Assembly (NCBI GenBank): GCA_963806225.1 | Contig: CAWDXG010000004.1 | Span: 4,480,001 to 4,544,000 of the forward strand | Length of the DNA stretch: 64,000 nt | DNA from: an uncultured delta proteobacterium | GTDB lineage: Bacteria > Myxococcota_A > Polyangia > Polyangiales > Polyangiaceae | Direction: 5' to 3' | Shown here: one piece after another, positions 1 through 9,265 of the stretch | Position numbering within the stretch: position 1 is the first letter of the stretch | How the letters are laid out: every line of letters starts with the position of its first letter | Notes under the pieces: generated by a model | The model's database searches: none | What the model was told of the DNA's origin: nothing | The model's input: the letters and a program-made list of their open reading frames with translations, nothing else | Made by a program: the position numbers and the translations under genes

Positions 1-2
1 GC

Positions 3-326
3 AGCGGTGGAGCGGGCGGAGCGAAAGTCGACTGTAGCAAGCAGCCGATCGTGTTCCCCGACTTCGTGCGCGCGTGCAGCGGCGGCTCGACGTCGTGTGC
101 GATCGTGACCCACCAGACCGACTGCTGCGGCACCATGGTCGCCACCGGCATCAACCACTCGCAGAAGACCGCCTACGAGGCGGCCGAGAAGATCTGCGAA
201 AGCCAGTATCCAGGGTGCGGCTGCGCGCCACAGGGGATGAAGACGGACTCGGGCGACACGGTCACCGACATCAAGCAGGTGCAGGTCGCCTGCAAGAACA
301 ACGTCTGCACGACGTACGTGCCCTGA
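3..326 (+). CDS. Gly/Cys-rich secreted protein, C-terminal part (starts before window)
   Basis: Frame is open from the window edge: SGGAGGAKVDC...DCCG...GCGC...C..C. Gly linker plus Cys-rich domain, typical of myxobacterial exported proteins. Confidence 0.7.
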   Translation, partial: SGGAGGAKVDCSKQPIVFPDFVRACSGGSTSCAIVTHQTDCCGTMVATGINHSQKTAYEAAEKICESQYPGCGCAPQGMKTDSGDTVTDIKQVQVACKNNVCTTYVP

Positions 327-366
327 ACGGGCATACTGGCGATAGACGGCTATACTGCCGCCTCGC

Positions 367-1905
367 ATGGTCTCGGCAGAGCTCGCCAGTGTGATCCGCC
401 GCCGCCTCGCCGACGAGGTGGGGCGGATGGATCGGGACGCGCCGAGGCGGGTCGCGCTCTGCTACCCGTCGCCGTACGCGGTCGGCATGAGCTCGCTCGG
501 CTACCAGCGCATCTACCGGGCCATCCAGGAAACGGCGGGCTACTCGTGCGAGCGCGTCTTCCTCGAGGACGCGGGCGATCGGCCCGGGGCCACGCTGGAG
601 CGTCCGGTCAGCTACGAGAACCTGCGTCCGCTCGATGACTTCGACGTGATCGCGTTCAGCGTCGCCTACGAAATCGAGATTGCCGGCTTGGTTCGCATGT
701 TCGATGCCGCCGGTATTCCGCCCGAGCGTGAGCAGCGCAGGGACCAGCCGCTGGTTCTGATGGGCGGTCCGCTCACGAACTCCAACCCACTGCCGCTGTC
801 GGCGTTTGCCGACGCCATCGTGATGGGCGAAGGCGAAGAGGTCGTGGGCTGGGCGCTCGAGACGACCGCCGAGGCGCCGGGCCGCGACGAAGCCCTCTCG
901 CGCCTCGCGCGCCACCCACACATCTACGTGCCTGCGGTGCACGGCGCGGCGCTCCCGCCGATTGGCGCGGCCGACAACGCGCTGCTCCCAGCCCACAGCA
1001 CCATCATTACGCCGCACACCGAGCTCAGCGGTATGTTCCTGACGGAAGTCGAGCGCGGCTGCTCCCGCGGCTGCACGTACTGCGTGATGCGCCGCTCCAC
1101 GAACGGCGGCATGCGCATCGTGCCGAAAGATGTCGTGCTGGAGACGATCCCCGCCAACGTCCGCCGGGTCGGTCTGGTCGGCGCCGCCGTCAGCGACCAC
1201 CCGAAGATCGTCGAGATCGTCAACGCGCTGGCCGACCGCGGCGCGGAGGTCGGGCTCTCGAGCCTCAGGCCCGACAAGCTCAGGGACGACTTCATCGCGG
1301 CGCTCAAGCGCGTCGGCTACCGCACGCTCACCACGGCGCTCGACGGCCCGAGCGAGCGCATGCGTGGCATCATCGAACGGCGCGGGCGCGAGCCGCACTT
1401 CGTCGCAGCGGCCGAGCGCGCGAAGAAGCACGGCATGGATCGTCTGAAGCTCTATCTGATGATCGGTTTGCCCGGCGAGACGGACGAGGACATCGACGAG
1501 TGCGCGCGCTTCGTCGGCGAGCTGTCTCGCATCGTGCCTATCGCTCTCGGCATCTCTCCCTTCTGCTCCAAGCGCAACACGCCGCTCGACAACATGCCTT
1601 ATGCGGGCGTCGCCCGCGTCCAGAAGCGGCTGGAGCGGCTCCGGCGCGGGCTCCAGGGCCGCGCGGACGTGCGCGCGACGAGCGCCAAGTGGACCTGGAT
1701 CGAGTATGTGCTCGCGCAGGGCGGCGAAGCGGAGGGCCGTGCCGTTGCCGAGGCCGTGCGCGCTGGCGGTCGCTACGCCGACTTCAAGCGCGCCTTCGGC
1801 AAGCTCGGGCACAAGCCCGACGGCGCGGGCTATCTCGATGTCGAGGCGCCGATAGCGCCGGAACGGCTGAAGCGCCGCCGCCCGTCCGCGGCTATAGTGC
1901 CGTGA
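367..1905 (+). CDS. B12-binding-domain radical SAM protein
   Basis: CSRGCTYC [4Fe-4S] motif; N-terminal YPSPYAVGMSSLG; LKLYLMIGLPGET. Confidence 0.85.
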   Translation: MVSAELASVIRRRLADEVGRMDRDAPRRVALCYPSPYAVGMSSLGYQRIYRAIQETAGYSCERVFLEDAGDRPGATLERPVSYENLRPLDDFDVIAFSVAYEIEIAGLVRMFDAAGIPPEREQRRDQPLVLMGGPLTNSNPLPLSAFADAIVMGEGEEVVGWALETTAEAPGRDEALSRLARHPHIYVPAVHGAALPPIGAADNALLPAHSTIITPHTELSGMFLTEVERGCSRGCTYCVMRRSTNGGMRIVPKDVVLETIPANVRRVGLVGAAVSDHPKIVEIVNALADRGAEVGLSSLRPDKLRDDFIAALKRVGYRTLTTALDGPSERMRGIIERRGREPHFVAAAERAKKHGMDRLKLYLMIGLPGETDEDIDECARFVGELSRIVPIALGISPFCSKRNTPLDNMPYAGVARVQKRLERLRRGLQGRADVRATSAKWTWIEYVLAQGGEAEGRAVAEAVRAGGRYADFKRAFGKLGHKPDGAGYLDVEAPIAPERLKRRRPSAAIVP

Positions 1906-2411
1906 TGGGCAGGGGATACGCCGCCGCGGCGATGCTCGCGCTTTTCACCTGGGGGTGCAGCCCCGCCGCGCAGAACGCGCGCGGCAGGACGGTGCTCGAG
2001 TCCCGCGCGGCGTTCGACCTCGAATGCCCGCGCGGCTCGCTGGTGATCGCGCCGCTCTCACGAAACGGTCATGGGACGATCACGAGCTACGGCGTCGAGG
2101 GCTGCGGCCGTCGCGCGACCTACGTCCAGCTCTCCGATTCCACATGGCTGATGAATCCGCCGGCAGGCGCGCCAGCGCCGGGGATGGTCCCGCGCCGTCC
2201 GATGCGCGTCCCGGCAGAGCGCCGCCCAGAGCCGGTGCCGCTGCCGCCAACGGCCGCGCCGCACCCTGAACCTGCGCCGCCGCCGAGCGGCAGCGCGGAG
2301 CGGAGCCCGGAGCGACCGCCGAGCTCGCTCCAGCCGGGTGAGCGCGCGCCGCGGCTGCCGGACCTGCCAGGCCAGGGCGAACGGCCGTCGCCGCTCGACC
2401 AGCGGCGGTGA
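1905..2411 (+). CDS. Lipoprotein with Pro-rich tail
   Basis: ATG overlaps the upstream TGA; lipobox FTWGC; RAAFDLEC...YGVEGCG motif. Confidence 0.7.
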   Translation: MGRGYAAAAMLALFTWGCSPAAQNARGRTVLESRAAFDLECPRGSLVIAPLSRNGHGTITSYGVEGCGRRATYVQLSDSTWLMNPPAGAPAPGMVPRRPMRVPAERRPEPVPLPPTAAPHPEPAPPPSGSAERSPERPPSSLQPGERAPRLPDLPGQGERPSPLDQRR

Positions 2412-2418
2412 CGCCGGC

Positions 2419-4131
2419 ATGTCCTGCCCCGTCCCCCATCCCACCGCCGCGAACGTCTACGAAGGTTTCGACCCGCGGCTCGAGGTGATCGCGAGCGAGT
2501 CGTCGGATTGCTTCCTGCACTGCACGGGTTGCGACACGTGGTTCTGGATGGTCCTGGACGATGGCAGGTTCCAGTACTGGAACCTGTGGGAGCTCGACAG
2601 GACGCTGGCCGCGCGCGCCGCCCGCACGCGCGCCCCGGCCGACTTCGTGCGGCTGCTCGTGCGCCACAACCCTCCGGACGGCCTGCCCTACGGCCCGATC
2701 TGGACGGAGGCCAAGTGGCTGGTCGACCTGCTCGCGAAGCTGACGCGTGGCGGCGCGCCCTCGGAGATGATCGAGGCGCTCGAAGCCGAGTCGCCCCTGC
2801 CGCCTCGCTGGAGCCAGGCGCTCGCCTGGCTGCGCCGCAACGTGGCGGCACGTGCCCGCAGCTTCCACGCCTCGCCGTATCCGTTCTCTGCCGACGTTGC
2901 GCTGGATCTCCAGGGCGTCGACCTATGGCACGAGTCGCGCGATCACCTATGGCTGGTCAAGGGCGGTGCGTCCCCGATGCTGTACCAGGTGAGCGTCGAG
3001 CGGGTGGTGGGGCACCCGCTCCAGGGCCAACCGGCGTACGTCGGGCGGCGCTACGACGGGGCGTGCCTGATCTCGGTCGACACGCCTGCCGGGCGCGGCC
3101 TGATGCAGATCGATCCAGATGGCGGCTTCTTCACGGCGGAAGCGAGCGCACCGCTGGTAGCGGTCGCGTCCAGCGCTCTGGGCTGGGTGCTCGTGGAGCG
3201 CGCGCCGGAAGGTCCGCGTGCCCTCGAGTTCCGATCGACGGGTCTGGCGCCGCTATCGACCCTGCTCATCGGCGAAAATCGCCGTGTCTCCTATGTCCCG
3301 ACGCCGAAGCCGGTGGGCGAGGACTGGCTCGTCGCCAACGCAGCACCCGGCGGCGGCCCCGTCCGCCCGCTCGTGTTGTGGCGTCCAGGAGCCGGCGTCA
3401 TCGCCCAGAGCGAACCGGGCGAGCCGCTGGTCGAATCGGTCGTCGCGGCCGACCCGCAGACGTTCGTAGTGCACTGGTCGGAGCCTCGCCCCTTCGGCAC
3501 GCTGCAGATCTTCTCGCGAGACGACGCTGCGCTGGTCCCCCGCGCGCGGCTGTCGGGCGCGCGGACCTTCCGCGTCGTGGGCGATGTCGTGGTGGCCCAG
3601 GTCCCCGACGCGAAGAACGCGCTGGTGGCGTGGGATCTATCCGGTGCCGAGCGCTGGAGCTTCCCCGTAGAAACCCCCTCGGTCTGGATGGACCCGGAGG
3701 CCGATGGGCTCCGGGTGTGGATAGGCGAACGTGGCGTAATGCTCGATCCCGCGAGCGGCGAGGTCACCGTCGAGCTGGGGCTCGCCGCGAGTCCGGTGCC
3801 CTCCGACCGGCACGGCACGCGTTACGCGGTCACCGATCATCATTCCGTGTTGGTGGTGTCGCCGGACGGTCGGCAGCGTGAGGTGTTCCTCGACGGTCGC
3901 TACGAGGTGCAGACGACGCTCGGCGATGCGGCAGTGCTTTCCAGTCAGGAACCGCTTTTGCCAGACGAAAAGGCGCCGCCGCGCGGCCGCTGTGTGGTTG
4001 TGGGGGGTGAAGGACGCGTTCGCGGTGCCTTCGACGCGCCGGGCGCGCGCTGGTCCGTGATAGGCACGCACGCCGGACCGTACGTGATCGAGCCTGGACG
4101 GCTTCGCATCGGCGCCTTCTGGGCGGCGTAG
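2419..4131 (+). CDS. Hypothetical protein, N-terminal CxxC ribbon plus C-terminal beta-propeller-like region
   Basis: HCTGCDTWF near the N-terminus; PQQ-like blade motif LVAWDLSGAERWSF; coding-like codon usage. Confidence 0.6.
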   Translation: MSCPVPHPTAANVYEGFDPRLEVIASESSDCFLHCTGCDTWFWMVLDDGRFQYWNLWELDRTLAARAARTRAPADFVRLLVRHNPPDGLPYGPIWTEAKWLVDLLAKLTRGGAPSEMIEALEAESPLPPRWSQALAWLRRNVAARARSFHASPYPFSADVALDLQGVDLWHESRDHLWLVKGGASPMLYQVSVERVVGHPLQGQPAYVGRRYDGACLISVDTPAGRGLMQIDPDGGFFTAEASAPLVAVASSALGWVLVERAPEGPRALEFRSTGLAPLSTLLIGENRRVSYVPTPKPVGEDWLVANAAPGGGPVRPLVLWRPGAGVIAQSEPGEPLVESVVAADPQTFVVHWSEPRPFGTLQIFSRDDAALVPRARLSGARTFRVVGDVVVAQVPDAKNALVAWDLSGAERWSFPVETPSVWMDPEADGLRVWIGERGVMLDPASGEVTVELGLAASPVPSDRHGTRYAVTDHHSVLVVSPDGRQREVFLDGRYEVQTTLGDAAVLSSQEPLLPDEKAPPRGRCVVVGGEGRVRGAFDAPGARWSVIGTHAGPYVIEPGRLRIGAFWAA

Positions 4132-4189
4132 CGGCTGGCACCGCGCGCCATGCGAAACGTGCGAGGGCCGTGAGCCGCGCGACCGTGGC

Positions 4190-6187
4190 ATGCTCCCGGC
4201 GATGCCGCGAAAGCGACGCAAGCGCTCGCGTGGGGAGCCGGAGGCGCCCGCTCGCCCTGGTGCGGTGGACTCGCGCGCCGGGCATCTCTTCAAGCGCTGG
4301 TGGTGGCTGCTGGCGCCGATCGTCGCGCTGCTCGCGTTCCGTGACGTTGCGCACTTCGGATTTGTCGGCGACGCGCGTTTCCTGATCGCGGACAACCGCT
4401 TCGCGCATTCCCTCGGCTACTGGAAGGCCACGCTCCTGCACGACTACTTCTGGTCGTCGTCGGGCAACATCATTCCGTACTGGCGGCCACTGACGAAGCT
4501 GTCCTGGCTCGTCGAGTGGCAGCTGTTCCACGACTGGGCCGGTGGCTACGCGCTGGTGAACCTCGCGTGGTTCGCGTTCGGCGTGGCGGGCGTCGGCGCG
4601 CTCGCGCGGCGCCTGGGGCTGTCGCGTGTCGCGGCGCTCGTGGCGGCGCTGCTCTATGCCGTGAGCCCGGTGATGGTCGCGCCGGTCAGCATGATCATGG
4701 CGCGCTCCGACGTGGTCGTCGCGGCGTGCATGACCTGGTCGGTGGTGGCGTGGCTCGCCTGGCGCGAGGGCGGGTCGCGTCACCGCGCGTGGGCCGCGCT
4801 GCACGTCGTGGCGACGCTGTTCGCTCTGGGCAGCAAGGAAAGCGCGATCACGCTGCCGCTCGTCCTTGCCGCCTGGAGCGTCCTCGAGGGCGATCTGGCC
4901 GCGGACAAGCGCCGCCGGTTGTGGACCGTCGCGCCCGCGCTGGCGTTGGGCGTCATCTACTTCATCGTGCGGCGCGCGTTGCTGGAGGGCGAAGCCAAGG
5001 GACTCGCCGGCACCACGCTCGCGCTGGACGCGGTGCGCATCTTCACCGGGCTCGGTGCCTATCTGTGGAACACGTTTCCGCTCTCCCTGTCTTCGGGCGT
5101 GCGCGACGTGTCCTTCGCCGAAGCGCGCGGGGGTCTGTCGTTGGCGCGCGCAGCTGTCGCGTGGGTCGGGCTCGTGGCAGCTCTGGTCTGGGCATTCCGG
5201 CATCGCGAGCGCAAGCTGGTTGCTCTGCTGTTCTGGGTAGTGGCGGGCGTCCTGCCGGTGCTGGTTGCGCGCGACATCAGCGTGATCAACGTCACCGGCA
5301 AGTACCCTCTGGCCGACCGTTGGCTGGCCTGCTCGCTCGGGCCAGCGCTTGTGGTCTGGGTGCTGCTGGCCAAGCGCGCGCTCGAGCGCCTGTCGTACGA
5401 GCGCGCGCCGGCGGTCGCCCTGGCGTGCGTCGGAGTCTGGGCGCTGCTTGTCCTGGTGCGCTCGCAGGCCGACCGGAAGGAGTTTGCCAGCGATCTGGCG
5501 ATGCTCGAAAACGAGGATCGGGTCTTCTACGCCGCGGTGCCGGAGCGCTACCGCACCGACGAGGACCGCTGTCGATTCCGCGAGCGCAAGGTCGTCCGGG
5601 CCCTGATGAAGAAGGAGCCGGAGCGCGTTGTCGCACTGGCTCCGAAGGCCGTGGCGGTGTGCGGCGACAAGCCCGAGGTCCTGGCGAACTGGCTCGGCGC
5701 GCTGGTCGAGCTCGGACGCTTCCGCGACGGCGAGCCGCTGGCAGCCAAGCTCGCGAAGCATCCGCCGCGGGACACGCGCAGCCACGCCCAGGTCGCGCTC
5801 GACGTGGGGTTGACGTTCGCCGAGAACGGCAAGCCCCGGCGGGCCGTGCCCATGCTCGGACGCGCCGTCCAGCTCGGCGCCATCCAGTGCAGAGCCTTTG
5901 TGCCGCTGGCCGAGCGCGCGCGGCGCGCGCACCTGGCGGAGGTCGCGGCCACCTACGCCCAGGCCGCGTACGCTTGCGGCGGCGGTCGGGATGCCTCGCT
6001 GCTGCTCGCCGGCGCGACCTGGCTCGTCGCTGCCGGTGATACCGCGCGAGCGTCGCGGCTGATCGCCGCGCTGCATGATCGCGCGCTCACCCCGGATCAA
6101 GCCGCCCAGCGCGCGGCGCTCCTGCAAGCGCTCGCCGACGGCGCGGCGGACGCCGGACTAGCGCAGCCGGTGGCAGTACCGAAGTAG
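4190..6187 (+). CDS. GT-C fold membrane glycosyltransferase (TMTC-like) with C-terminal TPR-like helices
   Basis: Multiple TM segments; YWRPL, ARSD and LGSKESAI motifs; helical C-terminus. Alternative start at 4202. Confidence 0.7.
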   Translation: MLPAMPRKRRKRSRGEPEAPARPGAVDSRAGHLFKRWWWLLAPIVALLAFRDVAHFGFVGDARFLIADNRFAHSLGYWKATLLHDYFWSSSGNIIPYWRPLTKLSWLVEWQLFHDWAGGYALVNLAWFAFGVAGVGALARRLGLSRVAALVAALLYAVSPVMVAPVSMIMARSDVVVAACMTWSVVAWLAWREGGSRHRAWAALHVVATLFALGSKESAITLPLVLAAWSVLEGDLAADKRRRLWTVAPALALGVIYFIVRRALLEGEAKGLAGTTLALDAVRIFTGLGAYLWNTFPLSLSSGVRDVSFAEARGGLSLARAAVAWVGLVAALVWAFRHRERKLVALLFWVVAGVLPVLVARDISVINVTGKYPLADRWLACSLGPALVVWVLLAKRALERLSYERAPAVALACVGVWALLVLVRSQADRKEFASDLAMLENEDRVFYAAVPERYRTDEDRCRFRERKVVRALMKKEPERVVALAPKAVAVCGDKPEVLANWLGALVELGRFRDGEPLAAKLAKHPPRDTRSHAQVALDVGLTFAENGKPRRAVPMLGRAVQLGAIQCRAFVPLAERARRAHLAEVAATYAQAAYACGGGRDASLLLAGATWLVAAGDTARASRLIAALHDRALTPDQAAQRAALLQALADGAADAGLAQPVAVPK

Positions 6188-6193
6188 CGCCCC

Positions 6194-7054
6194 TCAGGCT
6201 TCCGCGCCGCTCGGAAGTCCTGCCAGCGGAAGCGTCAACTTGCCGGAGTTTTCCACGTTGGCATCGCCGTCCAGCGACGGATCCGCGCCCCGCGCCTCTT
6301 CGACCCCTGCCGCGCGTCTGAGCTCGAGGTCGAGCAGATGCGTCAGCCGGACATTGCCGAGCGCCGCGAACAGATTGCCGCGCACGTTCTTGTTGTCGGC
6401 GGAGAGCTCGGCGATGAGGCGCTTGATGCGCTTTCGCTGCAGGTTGTCCTGCGAGCCGCACAGATCGCAGGGGATGATGGGAAAGGCGCGCTCCTCGGCG
6501 AAGGCGGCGATCTCCGCCTCGGAGCAGTAGACGAGCGGGCGGATCACCACGTTGCGCCCGTCGTCCGAGCGCAGCCGTGGGGGCATCGACTTGATCTGGC
6601 CGGAGTAGAGCAGGTTCAGGAGCAGCGTCTCGATGAGGTCGTCCTGGTGGTGGCCGAGGGCGATCTTGGTGGCACCGAGCTCCTGCGCGACGTTGTAGAG
6701 GATGCCACGCCGCAGGCGCGAGCAGAGCGAGCAGTAGGTTTTCCCCTCGGGGATCTTCGCCTTGACGATCGAGTACGTGTCCTGCGTGACGATGCGGTAC
6801 TCATGGCCGCCGGTCTCGAAATGTCGGGGCAGGACGTGCGCGGGAAAGCCGGGCTGTCCCTGATCCAGATTGACCGCCACCAGCGACAGGTCGAACGGCA
6901 CCTTGTCCCGGATCCGCCCGAGCAGGTGCAGCAGCGACAGCGAATCCTTGCCGCCGCTCACGCACACCATCACGCGGTCGCCGGGCTCGATCAGCCGGAA
7001 ATCGTGGCTGGCCCGGGCGACCTGGGAGAGCAGACGCTTCTCGAGTCGGGACAT
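6194..7054 (-). CDS. ttcA: tRNA 2-thiocytidine(32) synthetase TtcA
   Basis: PP-loop SGGKDS; CSLCSRLRRG; LGHHQDD; IIPCDLCGSQ. Confidence 0.95.
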   Translation of the reverse strand: MSRLEKRLLSQVARASHDFRLIEPGDRVMVCVSGGKDSLSLLHLLGRIRDKVPFDLSLVAVNLDQGQPGFPAHVLPRHFETGGHEYRIVTQDTYSIVKAKIPEGKTYCSLCSRLRRGILYNVAQELGATKIALGHHQDDLIETLLLNLLYSGQIKSMPPRLRSDDGRNVVIRPLVYCSEAEIAAFAEERAFPIIPCDLCGSQDNLQRKRIKRLIAELSADNKNVRGNLFAALGNVRLTHLLDLELRRAAGVEEARGADPSLDGDANVENSGKLTLPLAGLPSGAEA

Positions 7055-7119
7055 GGGAGGCGCCACGCTATCACGCTCCCCGCAACCGCGCCCGCCAGGG
7101 AAAGTCGTGGGCGCCGATG

Positions 7120-7159
7120 TTGCAGGTGCAATAGAATGTGACTATGATTGCATGTGCAA
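7120..7159 (+). promoter_or_regulatory. Sigma-70 promoter of the TA operon with two palindromic operators
   Basis: TTGCAG (7120-25)-N17-TATGAT (7143-48); palindromes TTGCA-GG-TGCAA (7120-31) and TTGCA-TG-TGCAA (7148-59). Confidence 0.75.
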
Positions 7160-7533
7160 TGACCGTCGACGCCGCCCCTTCGCTCGATCCCGGCCAGGTA
7201 CTGGGCAAGGCGGTGCTGCGCGCCGCGACAGAGCTGGGTCTGTCGACCAGGGAGCTCGCGCGGACGATCGGTACGAGCGCGGCATCGTTGTCGCGGCTCT
7301 CGCACGGGCAGCGCGTGCTCGATCCAGCGAGCAAGGAGGGCGAGCTGGCCCTGCTTGTGGTGCGGGTGTTCCGCAGCGTCGACGCGTTGCTCGGCGGCAG
7401 CGGCGAGGCAGTGCGCGCGTGGATGCGCGCGGCGAACACGCACCTGGGCGGGGTGCCCGCCGAGCGCATGCAGAGCGTAGAGGGGCTGGTCGAGGTGGCG
7501 GGATATCTCGATGCCATGCGCGGCAAGCTGTGA
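7159..7533 (+). CDS. Xre/MbcA/ParS-family antitoxin
   Basis: N-terminal HTH (LGLSTRELARTIGTS); C-terminal WMRAANTHLGGVP toxin-binding motif; directly upstream of the RES gene. Confidence 0.9.
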   Translation: MTVDAAPSLDPGQVLGKAVLRAATELGLSTRELARTIGTSAASLSRLSHGQRVLDPASKEGELALLVVRVFRSVDALLGGSGEAVRAWMRAANTHLGGVPAERMQSVEGLVEVAGYLDAMRGKL

Positions 7534-7539
7534 GCGAAG

Positions 7540-8301
7540 ATGGCGGCTTCGCTGTGGAATAGGTGCGACGGCGCGTCGCACCTGCGCCGGCTCGAGACGC
7601 GCCCGTGGCGGGTCGTGGAATCGCAGTCGATGGTCTCCACGCGCAAGATTGTCGACTCGGTCGAGGAACAGGAGCTTATCGAACAGATGATCGACGGCGT
7701 GAAGCCACCGCTTCCGCCCTGGCCGCGGCTCTCGCGCCTGCACTATCTCCTGTACACGCCATTCCGGCATCCGCCGCTCCGGCATGGCTCGCGCTTCGGC
7801 ACGCGCTTCGAGTCGGGTATCTGGTACGGCTCGCGCCAGCTCCGGACGGCGTTTGCCGAGGTTGCGTACTATCGCCTGGTCTTCCTCGAGGGCACCGATG
7901 CGGATCTGGGTTCGATAACCGTGGTCTTGTCCGCGTTCCGGGCCCAGGTGCGCACGCGTCGGGCCGTGGATCTGACGCGCCCGCCGTTCGCGGCGCATGC
8001 GGACGCGATCCGCTCCAGAACCAGCTACCGGTCGTCCCAGGCGCTGGGGCGCGACATGCGCGCGGCGGGCGTCGAGGCGTTCGTCTACTCGTCCGCGCGC
8101 GATCCGGAGCACGGGGCAAATGTGGGGCTCCTCGTGCCCGTATTCTCCTCGGATGTGCCGACCGTCCCCGAGAGCTGGGTGTGCACGGCCGGCCGCAGCA
8201 GGGTCGAGCTGGTGAAGAAGGACGTGTTCAGGAGGCGGCAGTTCGTCTTCCAGCGCGACGCATTCGAGGTCGGCGGCCAGCTGCCCGCTCCTGCGGTGTG
8301 A
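7540..8301 (+). CDS. RES-domain toxin (NAD+ phosphorylase family)
   Basis: GSRFG...GIWYG...TAFAEVAY...YSSARD: conserved R, E and S residues. Confidence 0.9.
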   Translation: MAASLWNRCDGASHLRRLETRPWRVVESQSMVSTRKIVDSVEEQELIEQMIDGVKPPLPPWPRLSRLHYLLYTPFRHPPLRHGSRFGTRFESGIWYGSRQLRTAFAEVAYYRLVFLEGTDADLGSITVVLSAFRAQVRTRRAVDLTRPPFAAHADAIRSRTSYRSSQALGRDMRAAGVEAFVYSSARDPEHGANVGLLVPVFSSDVPTVPESWVCTAGRSRVELVKKDVFRRRQFVFQRDAFEVGGQLPAPAV

Positions 8302-8326
8302 GCTGCAAAGCGGTAGGGTAGCCGTT

Positions 8327-9265
8327 GTGCCGACGGACGGCCCCTTCCAGCGACTCCCCTTCGACGTGCTTCCGGCCGCGCCTCGCCGCTCCCACGTCTA
8401 CTTCCAGACCCGGGAGCGCACTCTGGAGATGAACTCCAGGCCCTTCGGACGGCTCCGCATCCGGCTGCGCGAGCACGGGGACGGGCCGCCGTTGTTGCTC
8501 GTGCACGGGCTCATGACCAGCGGCTACTCGTTCCGCTACGTCATGGAGCCGCTCGGACGACACTTCCACCTGTATGTCCCGGATCTGCCGGGCGCTGGTC
8601 GCAGCGACAAGCCAGATGCGGAGTACAGCGGCACGGCGCTTGCGACGTGGATCGGCGAGCTCGTCGACGCACTGGATATCCGCGGCACGGCAGCGGTCGG
8701 CAACTCGCTCGGGGGCTATCTGTGCATGCGCGCGGCGCTAGCCGACGCGGGGCTGCTCGGACGGCTTGTCGATTTGCACTCGCCCGGCGTTCCCGAGGCG
8801 CGTCTCTCCCTGCTTCACGGTGCCCTGGCCGTTCCCGGCGTACAGGCTGCTCTTTCGTGGTGGGTGCGGCGCAATCCGGAGCGTTGGGCGCATGCGAACG
8901 TGCACTATTTCGACGAGACCCTGAAGTCGCGTGAGGAAGCCCGCGAGTACGGGGCCGCTCTGGCCGATCCGGCGGGCGCGCGGGCGTTCGTCCGCTATCT
9001 GGCCGACGCCCTGGCACCCGCCGAGCTCCGGGACTTCGTCCGGCAGCTCCAGGCGCTGTCGTCCGCCGGAAGGGCGTTCCCGGTACCGCTGCTCATGATC
9101 TACGCCGAAACCGATCCCATGGTGCCACCCGGGGTCGGGCGGCGTCTGCACGCACTGCTGCCCGACACGGACCTCGTGTGGCTGGGACAGAGCTCGCATT
9201 TCTGCCACGTCGACACTCCGGAGCGCGTCGTCGAGCTCATCTCGAGCTTCATTGCTTCGGGCTGA
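8327..9265 (+). CDS. Alpha/beta-fold hydrolase
   Basis: LVHG oxyanion motif, PDLPGAGRS, GNSLG nucleophile, C-terminal His (SSHF). Confidence 0.9.
   Translation: MPTDGPFQRLPFDVLPAAPRRSHVYFQTRERTLEMNSRPFGRLRIRLREHGDGPPLLLVHGLMTSGYSFRYVMEPLGRHFHLYVPDLPGAGRSDKPDAEYSGTALATWIGELVDALDIRGTAAVGNSLGGYLCMRAALADAGLLGRLVDLHSPGVPEARLSLLHGALAVPGVQAALSWWVRRNPERWAHANVHYFDETLKSREEAREYGAALADPAGARAFVRYLADALAPAELRDFVRQLQALSSAGRAFPVPLLMIYAETDPMVPPGVGRRLHALLPDTDLVWLGQSSHFCHVDTPERVVELISSFIASG

Noticed and set aside
7067..8301. Mobile element carrying the TA pair
   Set aside because: No integrase, transposase, terminal repeats or compositional shift in the coding regions.
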